NCBI GenBank assembly: GCA_963677925.2
Contig: CAXXYH010000004.1
Span: forward strand, 1,248,001-1,312,000
Source: Spirochaetia bacterium
GTDB lineage: Bacteria > Spirochaetota > Spirochaetia > UBA9216
DNA: 64,000 bases
Direction: 5' to 3'
Made by a program: the position numbers and the translations under genes. The notes beneath the pieces are model-generated. The model saw only the letters and a program-made list of their open reading frames with translations. It searched no databases and was not told where the DNA came from. Each line of letters begins with the position of its first letter. Position 1 is the first letter of the stretch. Positions 35,600 to 45,332 of the stretch are shown here, piece after piece.

Positions 35600-36631
35600 A
35601 TGGAAAATACTATTGATTCTACGCTTGAACGGGAAGAGCTGATGGAAAATAAAACTGAGAAAAAGGTTCTTCTTTCTATTAAAGGTCTAAACGTACACTA
35701 CTCAACAGATGAGAACCGGGTTTATGCAGCCAATGATGTTTCATTTGATCTTAATGTGGGAGAAACCCTTGGTCTGGTAGGAGAAACCGGAGCGGGTAAG
35801 ACAACAATAGCCAAGGCTATCCTTCGTATTCTGCCGGATCCTCCAGCAGTAATTGACAGCGGTGAGATTGTTTTCGATGGACAGGACCTTTTAAAGCTTT
35901 CCGATGCAAAGATGCGTAAGATAAGGGGAAATAAGATCTCCATGATCTTCCAGGATCCGATGACCGCTCTAAACCCGATTTTTTATGTCGGTAAGCAGAT
36001 ATCTGAAGTAATCAGGCTTCATGAGAAAATTTCACGGACAGATGCCGAGCAGAAGGCTGTTCAGATTCTTGAAAAAGTAGGAATTCCGGGAGACCGGTTC
36101 AACGAGTATCCTCACCAGTTTTCCGGAGGAATGAAACAGAGGGTAGTTATCGCAATGGCTCTTGCCTGCAACCCGGCACTTCTTCTTGCTGATGAACCGA
36201 CTACTGCTCTTGATGTGACAATTCAGGCCCAGGTGCTTGAGATGATGGCGAAGCTTAAGGAAGAGCTTAGTACCTCAATGGTTATGATTACCCATGACCT
36301 TGGTGTTGTTGCGGAAATCTGCGACAAGGTTGCGGTTGTCTATGCAGGAAGCATAGTTGAGATGGGAACAAAGGAAGACATTTTCGACCGGACTTCACAT
36401 CCCTACACCAAGGGGCTTTTTGGTTCCCTTCCTTCGCTCAGTTCGGAAGAAACAAGACTTAACCCTATTCAGGGAATGATGCCCGACCCGACTAATCTGC
36501 CTAAGGGCTGTGCGTTTAATCCCAGATGTCCGATGGCCACAGATAAATGCCGTGAGGGCGTGCTGGAGTTCGAAGAGTTGAATCCGGGACATTTTGTTAA
36601 ATGTATCTACGCAAAGGGGGATTCCAAATAA
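35600..36631 (+). CDS. Opp/Dpp ABC ATP-binding protein (OppD-like)
   Basis: GETGAGKT, YPHQFSGGMKQR, HPYT, C-terminal Cys cluster. Confidence 0.93.
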   Translation: MENTIDSTLEREELMENKTEKKVLLSIKGLNVHYSTDENRVYAANDVSFDLNVGETLGLVGETGAGKTTIAKAILRILPDPPAVIDSGEIVFDGQDLLKLSDAKMRKIRGNKISMIFQDPMTALNPIFYVGKQISEVIRLHEKISRTDAEQKAVQILEKVGIPGDRFNEYPHQFSGGMKQRVVIAMALACNPALLLADEPTTALDVTIQAQVLEMMAKLKEELSTSMVMITHDLGVVAEICDKVAVVYAGSIVEMGTKEDIFDRTSHPYTKGLFGSLPSLSSEETRLNPIQGMMPDPTNLPKGCAFNPRCPMATDKCREGVLEFEELNPGHFVKCIYAKGDSK

Positions 36632-37617
36632 TGAGTGCAATTTTAGAGGTGAAAAACCTTAAAAAATATTTCAAAAATCCAAGGGGAATGCTGCATGCAG
36701 TGGATGATGTGAGCTTCCAGATAGAAAAGGGAACTACCCTTGGAGTTGTCGGAGAATCCGGCTGCGGAAAGTCAACTCTGGGCAGAACCATCCTTCAGCT
36801 GGTTGAGAGCACTGGTGGACAGATTCTCTTTGAAGGAGAGGATGTAACCAATGCCGATGCAAAAACACTCAACCGGCTACGGCAGGATATGCAGATAATC
36901 TTTCAGGATCCATTTTCCTCGCTTAATCCGCGGATGACGGTCAGTGAAACTATAATGGAGCCGCTGAAGCTTCAGGGAAAGATGAAGAAGGCTCAGATGG
37001 ATCTGGAAACCGCAAAGGTTATGGATACTGTAGGGCTTGCAAAGAGACTTGCAAACTCCTACCCGCATGAGCTGGACGGCGGGCGAAGACAGCGAATCGG
37101 AATAGGCCGCGCACTTGCGCTGGATCCTAAATTTATCGTATGCGATGAACCTGTTTCCGCCCTTGATGTTTCAATTCAGGCACAGATTCTCAACCTGATG
37201 CAGGACTTGAAAGCTGAACGCGGACTGACCTATATTTTTATCACCCATGATCTGTCAGTGGTAAAATACATCTCTGATGAAATCACTGTTATGTACCTTG
37301 GACAGGTTGTTGAGAAGGCTGCATCAAAAGAACTGTTCAAAAACCCTATGCATCCATATACAAAAGCGCTGCTTTCGGCAATTCCAATTCCGGACATTCA
37401 CGTAAAAAAAGAGAGAATAATTCTACGAGGTGAAATTACATCACCTATCAATCCCAAGCCCGGCTGCCGCTTTGCCGCCAGGTGTATATATGCAGAAGAA
37501 AGCTGCAAAGCCCCCCAGGCTCTTCGGGAGGTTGTTCCAGGACACCATGTGCTGTGCAGCAGGATTGAAGAAATTGCTGCGCAAAAAGGGGACAGGATAG
37601 AGGCATTTGTCCGGTAA
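36631..37617 (+). CDS. Opp/Dpp ABC ATP-binding protein (OppF-like)
   Basis: GESGCGKST, YPHELDGGRRQR, DEPVSALDVS. Confidence 0.93.
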   Translation: MSAILEVKNLKKYFKNPRGMLHAVDDVSFQIEKGTTLGVVGESGCGKSTLGRTILQLVESTGGQILFEGEDVTNADAKTLNRLRQDMQIIFQDPFSSLNPRMTVSETIMEPLKLQGKMKKAQMDLETAKVMDTVGLAKRLANSYPHELDGGRRQRIGIGRALALDPKFIVCDEPVSALDVSIQAQILNLMQDLKAERGLTYIFITHDLSVVKYISDEITVMYLGQVVEKAASKELFKNPMHPYTKALLSAIPIPDIHVKKERIILRGEITSPINPKPGCRFAARCIYAEESCKAPQALREVVPGHHVLCSRIEEIAAQKGDRIEAFVR

Positions 37618-37657
37618 AACCGGTTCAAAAATAAATTCGTCAAATACAGGAGGACGT

Positions 37658-39199
37658 ATGAAGTTTAGAAAAAGAGAAATAGTTTTACTGCTTCTTGCAG
37701 CTGCTATGCTGTTTGCTGTGAGCAGCTGCAGTAAAAAGGAGTCGTCAGAAGCTGCCGCTGAACCCGCACGTGATACAATAGTGGTTCAGATTGCTGCAGA
37801 TCCGAGTGACTTGAATCCGTATACACTAAATACTAATGAATCTTCACGTGTAAGAAACCAGATTCTGGAACCATTGCTCGGTCAGGGCTACAACATGAAG
37901 ATGACTCCCATGCTGGCCACCGGTTATGAGAGAGAGGATGACACACATTACATCTTTCATCTGCGGGAAGGTGTAAAGTTTCATAACGGAAATGATTTTA
38001 CAGCCGAGGATGTTGTATTTTCACTTAAAACTGCAGCATCAATTAAACTATCTAAAAAGTATGTCGAGTTCGTTGATGTTGAAAATACCGTAGCCGTTGA
38101 TGACCACACAGTAAGGGTTGCACTTACTAAACCTGACCTGTTTTTTCTGACATCTATTTCAGGACTTCAGATGGTAGATAAAGACGCCTACGAGGCAGAC
38201 CCGGATCTTATGTCAAAACAGCCGGTAGGTACCGGACCTTATGAACTGGTGGACTGGAAACTCGGCAGTGAAGTAGTTCTTAAAAAATTTAATGATTACT
38301 GGGGTGAGCCGGCAAAAATTGAAAATGTAGTTTTCAGGCCGATAGGTGAACCTTCGCAGAGAGCTATCGAACTGGAAACCGGAGGTATTGATGTCATTCT
38401 TGATCTTCAGGCAAGTGACTTTACACGTTTCGATGGAGACCCCAAATTTGAAACATATAAGAGAGTAGGGTTTCGTACACAATCTTTATATTATAACAAC
38501 TCTGATGCATCTATTATGAAAAGCAAGCTTTTAAGGCAGGCTCTTTCATATGTATTTGATACAAATGCAATTGCCAAGGTCGGTTACAACGGATTTGCTA
38601 AACCGTCTGTAACATTTTTCACCGAAGGTTTTGTAAATTACGATGAGCGATTCAACAAGGGAGTATTTTACGAACAGGATATTGAAAAAGCTAAAAAACT
38701 GCTGGCTGAAGCAGGATATCCGGATGGGTTTGAAGTTGAGTTCTATATAAGCGATTCGAACCTTGATGTAATTGTATCAGAGATTATGCAGAACCAGCTG
38801 GCTCAGATTGGAGTAAAAGCAACAATCAGCTCCTATGAAGGTGCAATCTACAGAACAATACTTAATGATCCGAATTCAGGATGGGATGTTGCTCTGACTA
38901 ATATGCAGGCGCCAAGCGGCCATTCAATCGACTACTTTAATGCCTTCCTGGCTGAAGACGGCCTTAACAGGCCCGCATACCGGAGCGCTGAATTCAACAA
39001 GTTAATTAAAACAGCACTTATAACTACAGATGAGCAGAAATCACTCGATTTGGAAGACCAGATTTTGGAAATTCTCAACGAAGATGTTCCATTCAGGCCT
39101 CTTGTTCAGGTTGAAATGCTTTATGCATGGACCAGTGATTTGAAGAATATGGATATATGGGGACAGAGTAATGTACATCTTTCTGATGTCTCGTTTTAA
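37658..39199 (+). CDS. Opp/Dpp substrate-binding lipoprotein (SBP family 5)
   Basis: VSSC lipobox, LREGVKFHNG, PVGTGPY, AKKLLAEAGYPDG; AGGAGG RBS. Confidence 0.93.
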   Translation: MKFRKREIVLLLLAAAMLFAVSSCSKKESSEAAAEPARDTIVVQIAADPSDLNPYTLNTNESSRVRNQILEPLLGQGYNMKMTPMLATGYEREDDTHYIFHLREGVKFHNGNDFTAEDVVFSLKTAASIKLSKKYVEFVDVENTVAVDDHTVRVALTKPDLFFLTSISGLQMVDKDAYEADPDLMSKQPVGTGPYELVDWKLGSEVVLKKFNDYWGEPAKIENVVFRPIGEPSQRAIELETGGIDVILDLQASDFTRFDGDPKFETYKRVGFRTQSLYYNNSDASIMKSKLLRQALSYVFDTNAIAKVGYNGFAKPSVTFFTEGFVNYDERFNKGVFYEQDIEKAKKLLAEAGYPDGFEVEFYISDSNLDVIVSEIMQNQLAQIGVKATISSYEGAIYRTILNDPNSGWDVALTNMQAPSGHSIDYFNAFLAEDGLNRPAYRSAEFNKLIKTALITTDEQKSLDLEDQILEILNEDVPFRPLVQVEMLYAWTSDLKNMDIWGQSNVHLSDVSF

Positions 39200-39212
39200 T
39201 TTCTAATGATTC

Positions 39213-39242
39213 AAAAGGCGGGGAACATCCCCGCCTTTTTTT
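39213..39242 (+). terminator. Terminator or stabilising hairpin after oppA
   Basis: AAAAGGCGGGGA-ACA-TCCCCGCCTTTTTTT. Confidence 0.85.
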
Positions 39243-39298
39243 GATTATAAAACCATGGCAGTACGAAATCTGTTCGGCCTTGAATACTGGAGTGACAA

Positions 39299-40465
39299 AT
39301 GATAAATAATGAAATAATTGAGAAAATGAGAAAATCGCCAATCACCGGCCGGCCTTATTCCTTTTCGATGGAGACCCTGTTGCTTATTAAAGATTCAGTA
39401 ATTGTCCTGATTGATAATTACCGATACGAACTCTCCAGGCCTGCAGAGACTCATGGTGATGATATTTTTATAAGCATAAAAGATCTTGAAAAGATTTTTG
39501 CTCCTGATATGAAGGTTGAAGCCTCAGGTGAAGATCTTGCAATCACCTTTCTTGGAATGAAAACAGTGCTGCCTTCTGATGAAATGATTCCTGTAAGGCG
39601 GGTGATGTCCGGGATTTTCGGCATGACCTTCGATGCCAGGGATGACATTTTTGCTTTAAGCTACCTTCCGGAATACAGCATATCTCCGGATATGATAAAA
39701 TATAAGCAAATGTGTCTTGGAGGTAAGACCATTGGCGATTTCCGGATGGCTTACTGGAATTCAGAAGTTAACAGGATAAATACATACCGTTTTTATATCC
39801 CTTCATCGTATAACCCGGCGGTTCCTTCCAGGCTGGCTGTATGTCTTCATGGAGCAGGCGGCAACAGCGACAGCCCTTTTGATACATCAGAAAATATGCT
39901 TTCATACTATGCAGAGAAGTTTAATTATCTGCTGCTTGCTCCTAATTCCTATGTTATGTCCAGTAATTATGGCGGCGGGATTCCGCCCTTAGGGATGTTC
40001 CGCTATGATCCTGAGAAAAAAGTTTCAGTTGATCCGGGATATTATTCTGAAACCGTGATGGGAGAAAATAAGACAGCAGAGAACATGGTTTTTGAAGTTT
40101 TTGAAAAGTTTTTCAGCAGTTTTAATGTCGATCCTGATCATGTATATATAATGGGTAATTCAATGGGGGCAATCGGAACCTTTCACCTCGTCTCTGAAAA
40201 ACCTGAGATGTTCAGGGCTGCAGCTCCGGCAGGGGCTCTGCCGATGCTTGAATATTTACCATATGAAAAATTTAAAGAGGTGCCCATGATGGTTATATCA
40301 GGTACAGAAGATACCGGCTGTGTGCACTATATGAGACCCTCCTGTGATTTCCTTTCAAAGAAAGGAATGAATATAAAACTTGTATTTGTCGGCGGCGGTA
40401 ATCACAAATTTGCATGGACTTATGAAATTGAAGAGATTTTTAGGTTTTTTGAACAAAATGTCTAA
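39299..40465 (+). CDS. Alpha/beta hydrolase (esterase/PHB-depolymerase-like) with an N-terminal accessory domain
   Basis: YIPSSY, LHGAGG, GNSMG nucleophile, GTED, GGNH. Confidence 0.8.
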   Translation: MINNEIIEKMRKSPITGRPYSFSMETLLLIKDSVIVLIDNYRYELSRPAETHGDDIFISIKDLEKIFAPDMKVEASGEDLAITFLGMKTVLPSDEMIPVRRVMSGIFGMTFDARDDIFALSYLPEYSISPDMIKYKQMCLGGKTIGDFRMAYWNSEVNRINTYRFYIPSSYNPAVPSRLAVCLHGAGGNSDSPFDTSENMLSYYAEKFNYLLLAPNSYVMSSNYGGGIPPLGMFRYDPEKKVSVDPGYYSETVMGENKTAENMVFEVFEKFFSSFNVDPDHVYIMGNSMGAIGTFHLVSEKPEMFRAAAPAGALPMLEYLPYEKFKEVPMMVISGTEDTGCVHYMRPSCDFLSKKGMNIKLVFVGGGNHKFAWTYEIEEIFRFFEQNV

Positions 40466-40475
40466 TTAGCTGTGG

Positions 40476-41915
40476 CTATGTTGTTATGACAGCCCCGGCT
40501 GTATGAGAATACAAGTCCCACTTCAGATATCTTGTTACGGCTTCTTCTAATATTCCCGAAACCCTTCCCCTGACCATCGCAACATGATGTTCAAACCCGT
40601 TTCTTACGATATGGGTCATCAGTTTTCTCATTTCAGGAATGTTGCATACCGCTATGCCTCCGTCCATTTCGAAAGGATCGTCGGTAAATACACCTTCTCC
40701 GACATAAGTTTTGATTCTACCCAGGTTATCATCAGTTGATACTCTGAAAAACGTAAAGTCGCCGGCTGCTGCCTTGCCTTTTATTGCCCCGAAGCATTTC
40801 TCCGGGCCTATTGTATTACCTAGAATATCAAGATTTGAAATCTCAATCTCTGTACCTATAAAACTTCTCGGATAATTTGAGCAGTGAGTGCATACGCAAA
40901 GGTGCTGCTTGCCTTCGTAATTATTGTTCCAGTCAAGAAAGCCCGGAGCATTCCCGGAGGCTAGCCGAAGGGCATACATTGAGACAGCCCCTGTTACATC
41001 AACTTCACATGCAGAAGGCCGCCCTGACTCGCCCATCATGCTCATAGACAGGCAGGCTGCAGTTCCGTAATTATACTCAAGGCTGTCCCAGCATTGGATT
41101 GCAGAAGCCTGGACTTCGTTTATTTTCATCCAGGTATCAATGGCCACTGAAAGCCTTGCTTGTTTTATAATATTTTCACCGGCAATTTTATCAGGGATTC
41201 TTCCATATGATTTAATTTCCTGAATTTTTCTGGTTACCGGCTCTGATGCGGAATCAAGTTTTTCCGCCGCTGATATGATTTCTGAAAGGTCAGCTGTTAC
41301 AACAGAAATCCCGGCTCTATCGAGCATTTTCTCGCTGTATCTTACAGTCTGGAAGGCTGCTGGTCTGGCGCCGATTGCGCCGATTCTGAGATTTCGCATG
41401 CCCTTTACCACCCGGCAAACGGCGGCGAAATTCATCACGTCTGTCCGGAATTCACTGCTGTCTATATCAACCGTGTGGGAGCTGGTGTCGGTGAAGGGTA
41501 TATTATGGTGGTATAAATTATTACAGACGCTTATTTTTCCGCAGAAAGCATCCCTCCGGCCTTTTACATCAACCTTCGACAGTATGTCGTTTGATGCCTG
41601 TACAAGAACCGGTACATCCAGCCTGCTTCGTTTAATGGTTTCAATAATACCGATTTCATCACCGAAGTTGGGAAGAAGAACAATGATTCCATCAATATCG
41701 TCCTGGTGTTTCCTGAAATAGTCACCGTATTTAGCCGCATCAGACAGGGTTTCTACCGCTCCATTTGGAGTCTCATTTTCAGGTAATATAAACATCCCCA
41801 TATTAAGACTATTAAGAAGTTTTGAAATCTCAAGCCTGGAAATACCTGTATATTCAGGATTGAAAATTCCTCTAGTTCCTATTATTACTCCAAGTGAAAC
41901 CGGTTTGTCTGTCAT
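40476..41915 (-). CDS. L-fucose/L-arabinose isomerase family protein (candidate D-apiose isomerase)
   Basis: NFGDE, RRDAFCGKISVCNNL, AIQCW, ACEVD, HCSN, GFEHHVA. Confidence 0.85.
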   Translation of the reverse strand: MTDKPVSLGVIIGTRGIFNPEYTGISRLEISKLLNSLNMGMFILPENETPNGAVETLSDAAKYGDYFRKHQDDIDGIIVLLPNFGDEIGIIETIKRSRLDVPVLVQASNDILSKVDVKGRRDAFCGKISVCNNLYHHNIPFTDTSSHTVDIDSSEFRTDVMNFAAVCRVVKGMRNLRIGAIGARPAAFQTVRYSEKMLDRAGISVVTADLSEIISAAEKLDSASEPVTRKIQEIKSYGRIPDKIAGENIIKQARLSVAIDTWMKINEVQASAIQCWDSLEYNYGTAACLSMSMMGESGRPSACEVDVTGAVSMYALRLASGNAPGFLDWNNNYEGKQHLCVCTHCSNYPRSFIGTEIEISNLDILGNTIGPEKCFGAIKGKAAAGDFTFFRVSTDDNLGRIKTYVGEGVFTDDPFEMDGGIAVCNIPEMRKLMTHIVRNGFEHHVAMVRGRVSGILEEAVTRYLKWDLYSHTAGAVITT

Positions 41916-42032
41916 CTGTATTCTCCGTTTTTTTTGTGATTACAACGTAAATCGGCATAGAGGTTTTGTCAATGAGGAATTGAGTAAAACTTATTTAAAT
42001 TTAGTTTTAATTGCGTAATATTTAGTTTTATG

Positions 42033-42061
42033 TTGACAAAGACAGCTGTGACTCTTAGTAT
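42033..42061 (+). promoter_or_regulatory. sigma70 promoter of the transketolase operon
   Basis: TTGACA-17 bp-TAGTAT; repeated ATTTAGTTTTA boxes upstream. Confidence 0.65.
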
Positions 42062-42083
42062 AACCCTGTATTAGGAGATCTCA

Positions 42084-42908
42084 ATGTTTTATAACTATGA
42101 AATACCTGAAATAATAAATAAAACTAAAGAAATACGAAAAAATATTATAATGATGAATGCCTATGCAAAGGGAGGGCATACAGGCAGTGATCTCTCTGAA
42201 GCTGATATTCTGGCATCATTGTTTTTCAGGGTATTACAGATTCCCATATCAGATAAGCATGACTATGGTGATAATACCTTTATTCAAAGTAAGGGGCACG
42301 GTGTAGGCGGATTTTATGCTACACTTGCTGCCATGGGGGTCTTAAAGCAGGAAGATCTGAAAACCTATCTTTCTTTTAACTCATTTTTACCGGGGCATCC
42401 GGTAAAAACAAAACAGCCCTTCATAAATCTTAATACCGGAGGTCTGGGGCACGGGCTGCCGGTTGCTGTCGGGATGGCCATAGGAAAGAAAAAGAAGGGT
42501 GCAGACGGTGTTGTGTATGTTCTCACGGGTGACGGTGAGCTTCAGGAGGGAAGCAACTGGGAAGCTGCCATGGCGGCATCCAGATTCGGTCTTGATAATC
42601 TTGTAGTGATTGTGGATCGAAACAGGCTGCAGCTTGCTGATAAAACAGAGAGTATTATGGGGCTGGAGCCTTTGTGTGAAAAATGGGAAGCTTTCGGCCT
42701 TGAAGTTCTGAGTCTTGATGGAAATAATGTAGCTGAAATTGTCTCCGGACTTGAATCGCTTGACCATCGCAACGGGGTTCCCAAGGTTGTAATTGCCAAT
42801 ACGGTTAAGGGGAAGGGGATCTCATTTATGGAGAATGTTCCTGAATGGCATCATAAGTATCCTGATAATAAACAGCTTAAACAGGCTTTATTGGAGATAG
42901 CGGAATGA
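42084..42908 (+). CDS. Split transketolase, N-terminal TPP-binding subunit (AptA-like)
   Basis: GGHTGSDLS, SKGH, LPGHP, NTGGLGHGL, GDGELQEGSNWE. Confidence 0.92.
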   Translation: MFYNYEIPEIINKTKEIRKNIIMMNAYAKGGHTGSDLSEADILASLFFRVLQIPISDKHDYGDNTFIQSKGHGVGGFYATLAAMGVLKQEDLKTYLSFNSFLPGHPVKTKQPFINLNTGGLGHGLPVAVGMAIGKKKKGADGVVYVLTGDGELQEGSNWEAAMAASRFGLDNLVVIVDRNRLQLADKTESIMGLEPLCEKWEAFGLEVLSLDGNNVAEIVSGLESLDHRNGVPKVVIANTVKGKGISFMENVPEWHHKYPDNKQLKQALLEIAE

Positions 42909-43849
42909 CAGGTTTACGTGAGACAATAATCAGTGAACTGATGGCAATGGCCGAAGAAGGCTGGAATATTCAGGTGCTTGTAAGTGATTCTACCTCTACT
43001 TCCAAAGTGAAGCCCCTGCAGGATAAATATCCCGACAGAATAATCAATGTAGGGATTGCTGAGCAGAATCTTATTGGTGTTGCTGCCGGTCTGTCTCTTG
43101 AGGGCTTTATTCCGGTAACCGCGAATGCTGCACCATTTCTTGTGGGAAGAGCAAATGAGCAGGTAAAAAATGATATAGCGTATTCAAACAGCAATGTCAA
43201 AATGCTTGGACTTAACGCCGGTGTCAGCTATGGGGCCTTGGGGAGTACTCATCACGCGATAGATGATATTTCGATTATGATGGGGTTCGGCAATATTGAA
43301 ATTTATTCACCTTCTGACCCTGTAGAGGCGGCAGGAATGATTCGTTATGCAGTTGAGCATACCGGGCCTGTGTATATAAGGCTGGACAGTCAGGCATATT
43401 CCAGCCTGCATGATGATACATATGTATTTTTACCGGGTGAGCTGGATGTCCTTATACCCGGCGATGATGCTGTTTTATTTGCAACCGGTTCGGTTGTATG
43501 CGAGGCGGCGGCAGCGGCTGAGAAACTGAAAGCATGCGGAATTGATTTGAAAGTTGTTTCAGTACCTAGTTTACACCCCCTGCGTAAAGAGGCTGTAATT
43601 GAACAGATAAAACCAGGCTGTTTAGTTTTTACAGCGGAAGAACATTCTGTACACGGAGGACTTGGTTCAATTATATCAGAGATAATAACTGAGGCAGGTT
43701 TATCTGCGAAATTATACAGATGCGGAATACCATCTCATGAATTTTCTATTGCCGGCCCTCAGAAAGAAGTCTGGGCCTATTACGGGTTTGATGCAGAGGG
43801 TCTCTGTCTGAAAATTAAAAATGCATTAAAGGGTAAACATGATGGATAA
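42905..43849 (+). CDS. Split transketolase, C-terminal subunit (AptB-like)
   Basis: DSTSTSK, VGIAEQN, RANEQVK, GSTHH, GPVYIRL, EEHSVHGGLG; ATGA overlap with the upstream gene. Confidence 0.92.
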   Translation: MTGLRETIISELMAMAEEGWNIQVLVSDSTSTSKVKPLQDKYPDRIINVGIAEQNLIGVAAGLSLEGFIPVTANAAPFLVGRANEQVKNDIAYSNSNVKMLGLNAGVSYGALGSTHHAIDDISIMMGFGNIEIYSPSDPVEAAGMIRYAVEHTGPVYIRLDSQAYSSLHDDTYVFLPGELDVLIPGDDAVLFATGSVVCEAAAAAEKLKACGIDLKVVSVPSLHPLRKEAVIEQIKPGCLVFTAEEHSVHGGLGSIISEIITEAGLSAKLYRCGIPSHEFSIAGPQKEVWAYYGFDAEGLCLKIKNALKGKHDG

Positions 43850-45332
43850 AATTATTCTTGCTGTTGATCAGGGAACCAGTGGAACAAAAGCTATTGTTTA
43901 TACTCCGGAAGGTGTTCCGTTGGCAAAGGGCTTCACTCCTGTTAAAACAAATTACCCGGCTTCTGGTTTTGTTGAACAAAGTCCAATTGAGATAGTGTCT
44001 AGCTGTATTGAATCTGTTAAAAGGGCCCTTGAAAATCTTGAAAGTGCAACTGATTATAATCGTGACGATATTTTTTCCTGTGCTATTACCAACCAGCGTG
44101 AATCATTTCTTCTCTGGGATGCTGAAGGGGTTCCTCTTTCTGAAGTCATAAGCTGGCAGTGCAAGAGGTCTGTTGATATCTGTCGAGAGATTAAATCTGC
44201 CGGAAAAGCCGGTCTGATCAGGGAAAAGACAGGGCTGCCGGTGGACCCGTATTTTTCCGCTTCCAAGCTGACCTGGCTTTTACGGAATAAGCCGGCATTG
44301 AAGAAAAGAAATGATGTATACTTTGGTACTATCGATACATGGCTTTTATTTTTTCTTACCGGCGGACAGCGTTATGCATCTGATTTTACCAACGCCTGCC
44401 GGACTCAGCTGTTTGATATACACTCTCTTGCCTGGGACCACGAGCTTGTTTATTTATACGAGGCCGATAATATAAAATTTCCCGAGCTGCTGCCTTCCGA
44501 TGCTGAATTCGGAAGGTCTGATTTTAACGGCTTATTTAAAAACAAGCTCCCTATTCATTCCGTAATCGGAGATTCGCACGCTGCGGCATTCGGTGAATTG
44601 TGCTTTGAACCGGGAGCTGCAAAGATAACGATGGGGACAGGCAGTTCTTTGCTTATGAATGTGGGAAATAAGCCGGTAAAGTCCTGTTCAGGTATGGCTG
44701 AAACTCTATGCTACACAGCCGGAACAGAAACTGTGTATGCACTCGAAGGGATAATTGTTTCCTGCGGTTCACTTATAACCTGGCTTAAAGATTCTCTGGG
44801 AATTATCGAAGGTTCTGCAGATTTATATTCTGCTCCAGGGGATATCTTAGACAGCGGAGGTGTACAGTTTGTCCCTGCATTAGGGGGGCTTGGTGCTCCT
44901 TTCTGGAAAATGGATGAAAAAGGTTCCTTTCACGGGCTTGGCTTTGATACCTCAAAAGCTCAGATACTGCATTCGGTTTTTGAGTCGATAGCATTTCAGG
45001 AAGTTTCAGTAATAAGAGCTATGGAAGCGGATGCTGCTGAAATTGCAGAGATGGGTAAAAATGGTCCCCTTTATATTGACGGCGGGGTTTCCGGAAACCC
45101 ATTAATAATGAAAATGATTGCTTCGCTTCTCGGCCGTCCTGTACATGTTGTTCTTTCACCCGACACATCACCTCTGGGCGCAATGCTGCTTGCATGTCTG
45201 GGTTCCGGGATATATAATAGCATCAACGAAATTCAAAGGCTGGAACTTCCACGGCAAACATATATTCCTACAGAAAATGACAATCTTCAGAAAAGTTATC
45301 ATGCATGGGAGAGCACAGTTAAAAGGTCGTAA
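43839..45332 (+). CDS. FGGY carbohydrate kinase, glycerol-kinase-like (candidate apulose kinase)
   Basis: DQGTSGTK, ITNQRES, DPYFSASK, GDSHAA, GLGAPFW, DGG. Confidence 0.9.
   Translation: MMDKIILAVDQGTSGTKAIVYTPEGVPLAKGFTPVKTNYPASGFVEQSPIEIVSSCIESVKRALENLESATDYNRDDIFSCAITNQRESFLLWDAEGVPLSEVISWQCKRSVDICREIKSAGKAGLIREKTGLPVDPYFSASKLTWLLRNKPALKKRNDVYFGTIDTWLLFFLTGGQRYASDFTNACRTQLFDIHSLAWDHELVYLYEADNIKFPELLPSDAEFGRSDFNGLFKNKLPIHSVIGDSHAAAFGELCFEPGAAKITMGTGSSLLMNVGNKPVKSCSGMAETLCYTAGTETVYALEGIIVSCGSLITWLKDSLGIIEGSADLYSAPGDILDSGGVQFVPALGGLGAPFWKMDEKGSFHGLGFDTSKAQILHSVFESIAFQEVSVIRAMEADAAEIAEMGKNGPLYIDGGVSGNPLIMKMIASLLGRPVHVVLSPDTSPLGAMLLACLGSGIYNSINEIQRLELPRQTYIPTENDNLQKSYHAWESTVKRS

Noticed and set aside
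42084-43849. Transketolase split as a frameshifted pseudogene
   Set aside because: Two-subunit transketolases are an established class; the ATGA overlap and the GGAG RBS indicate translational coupling.
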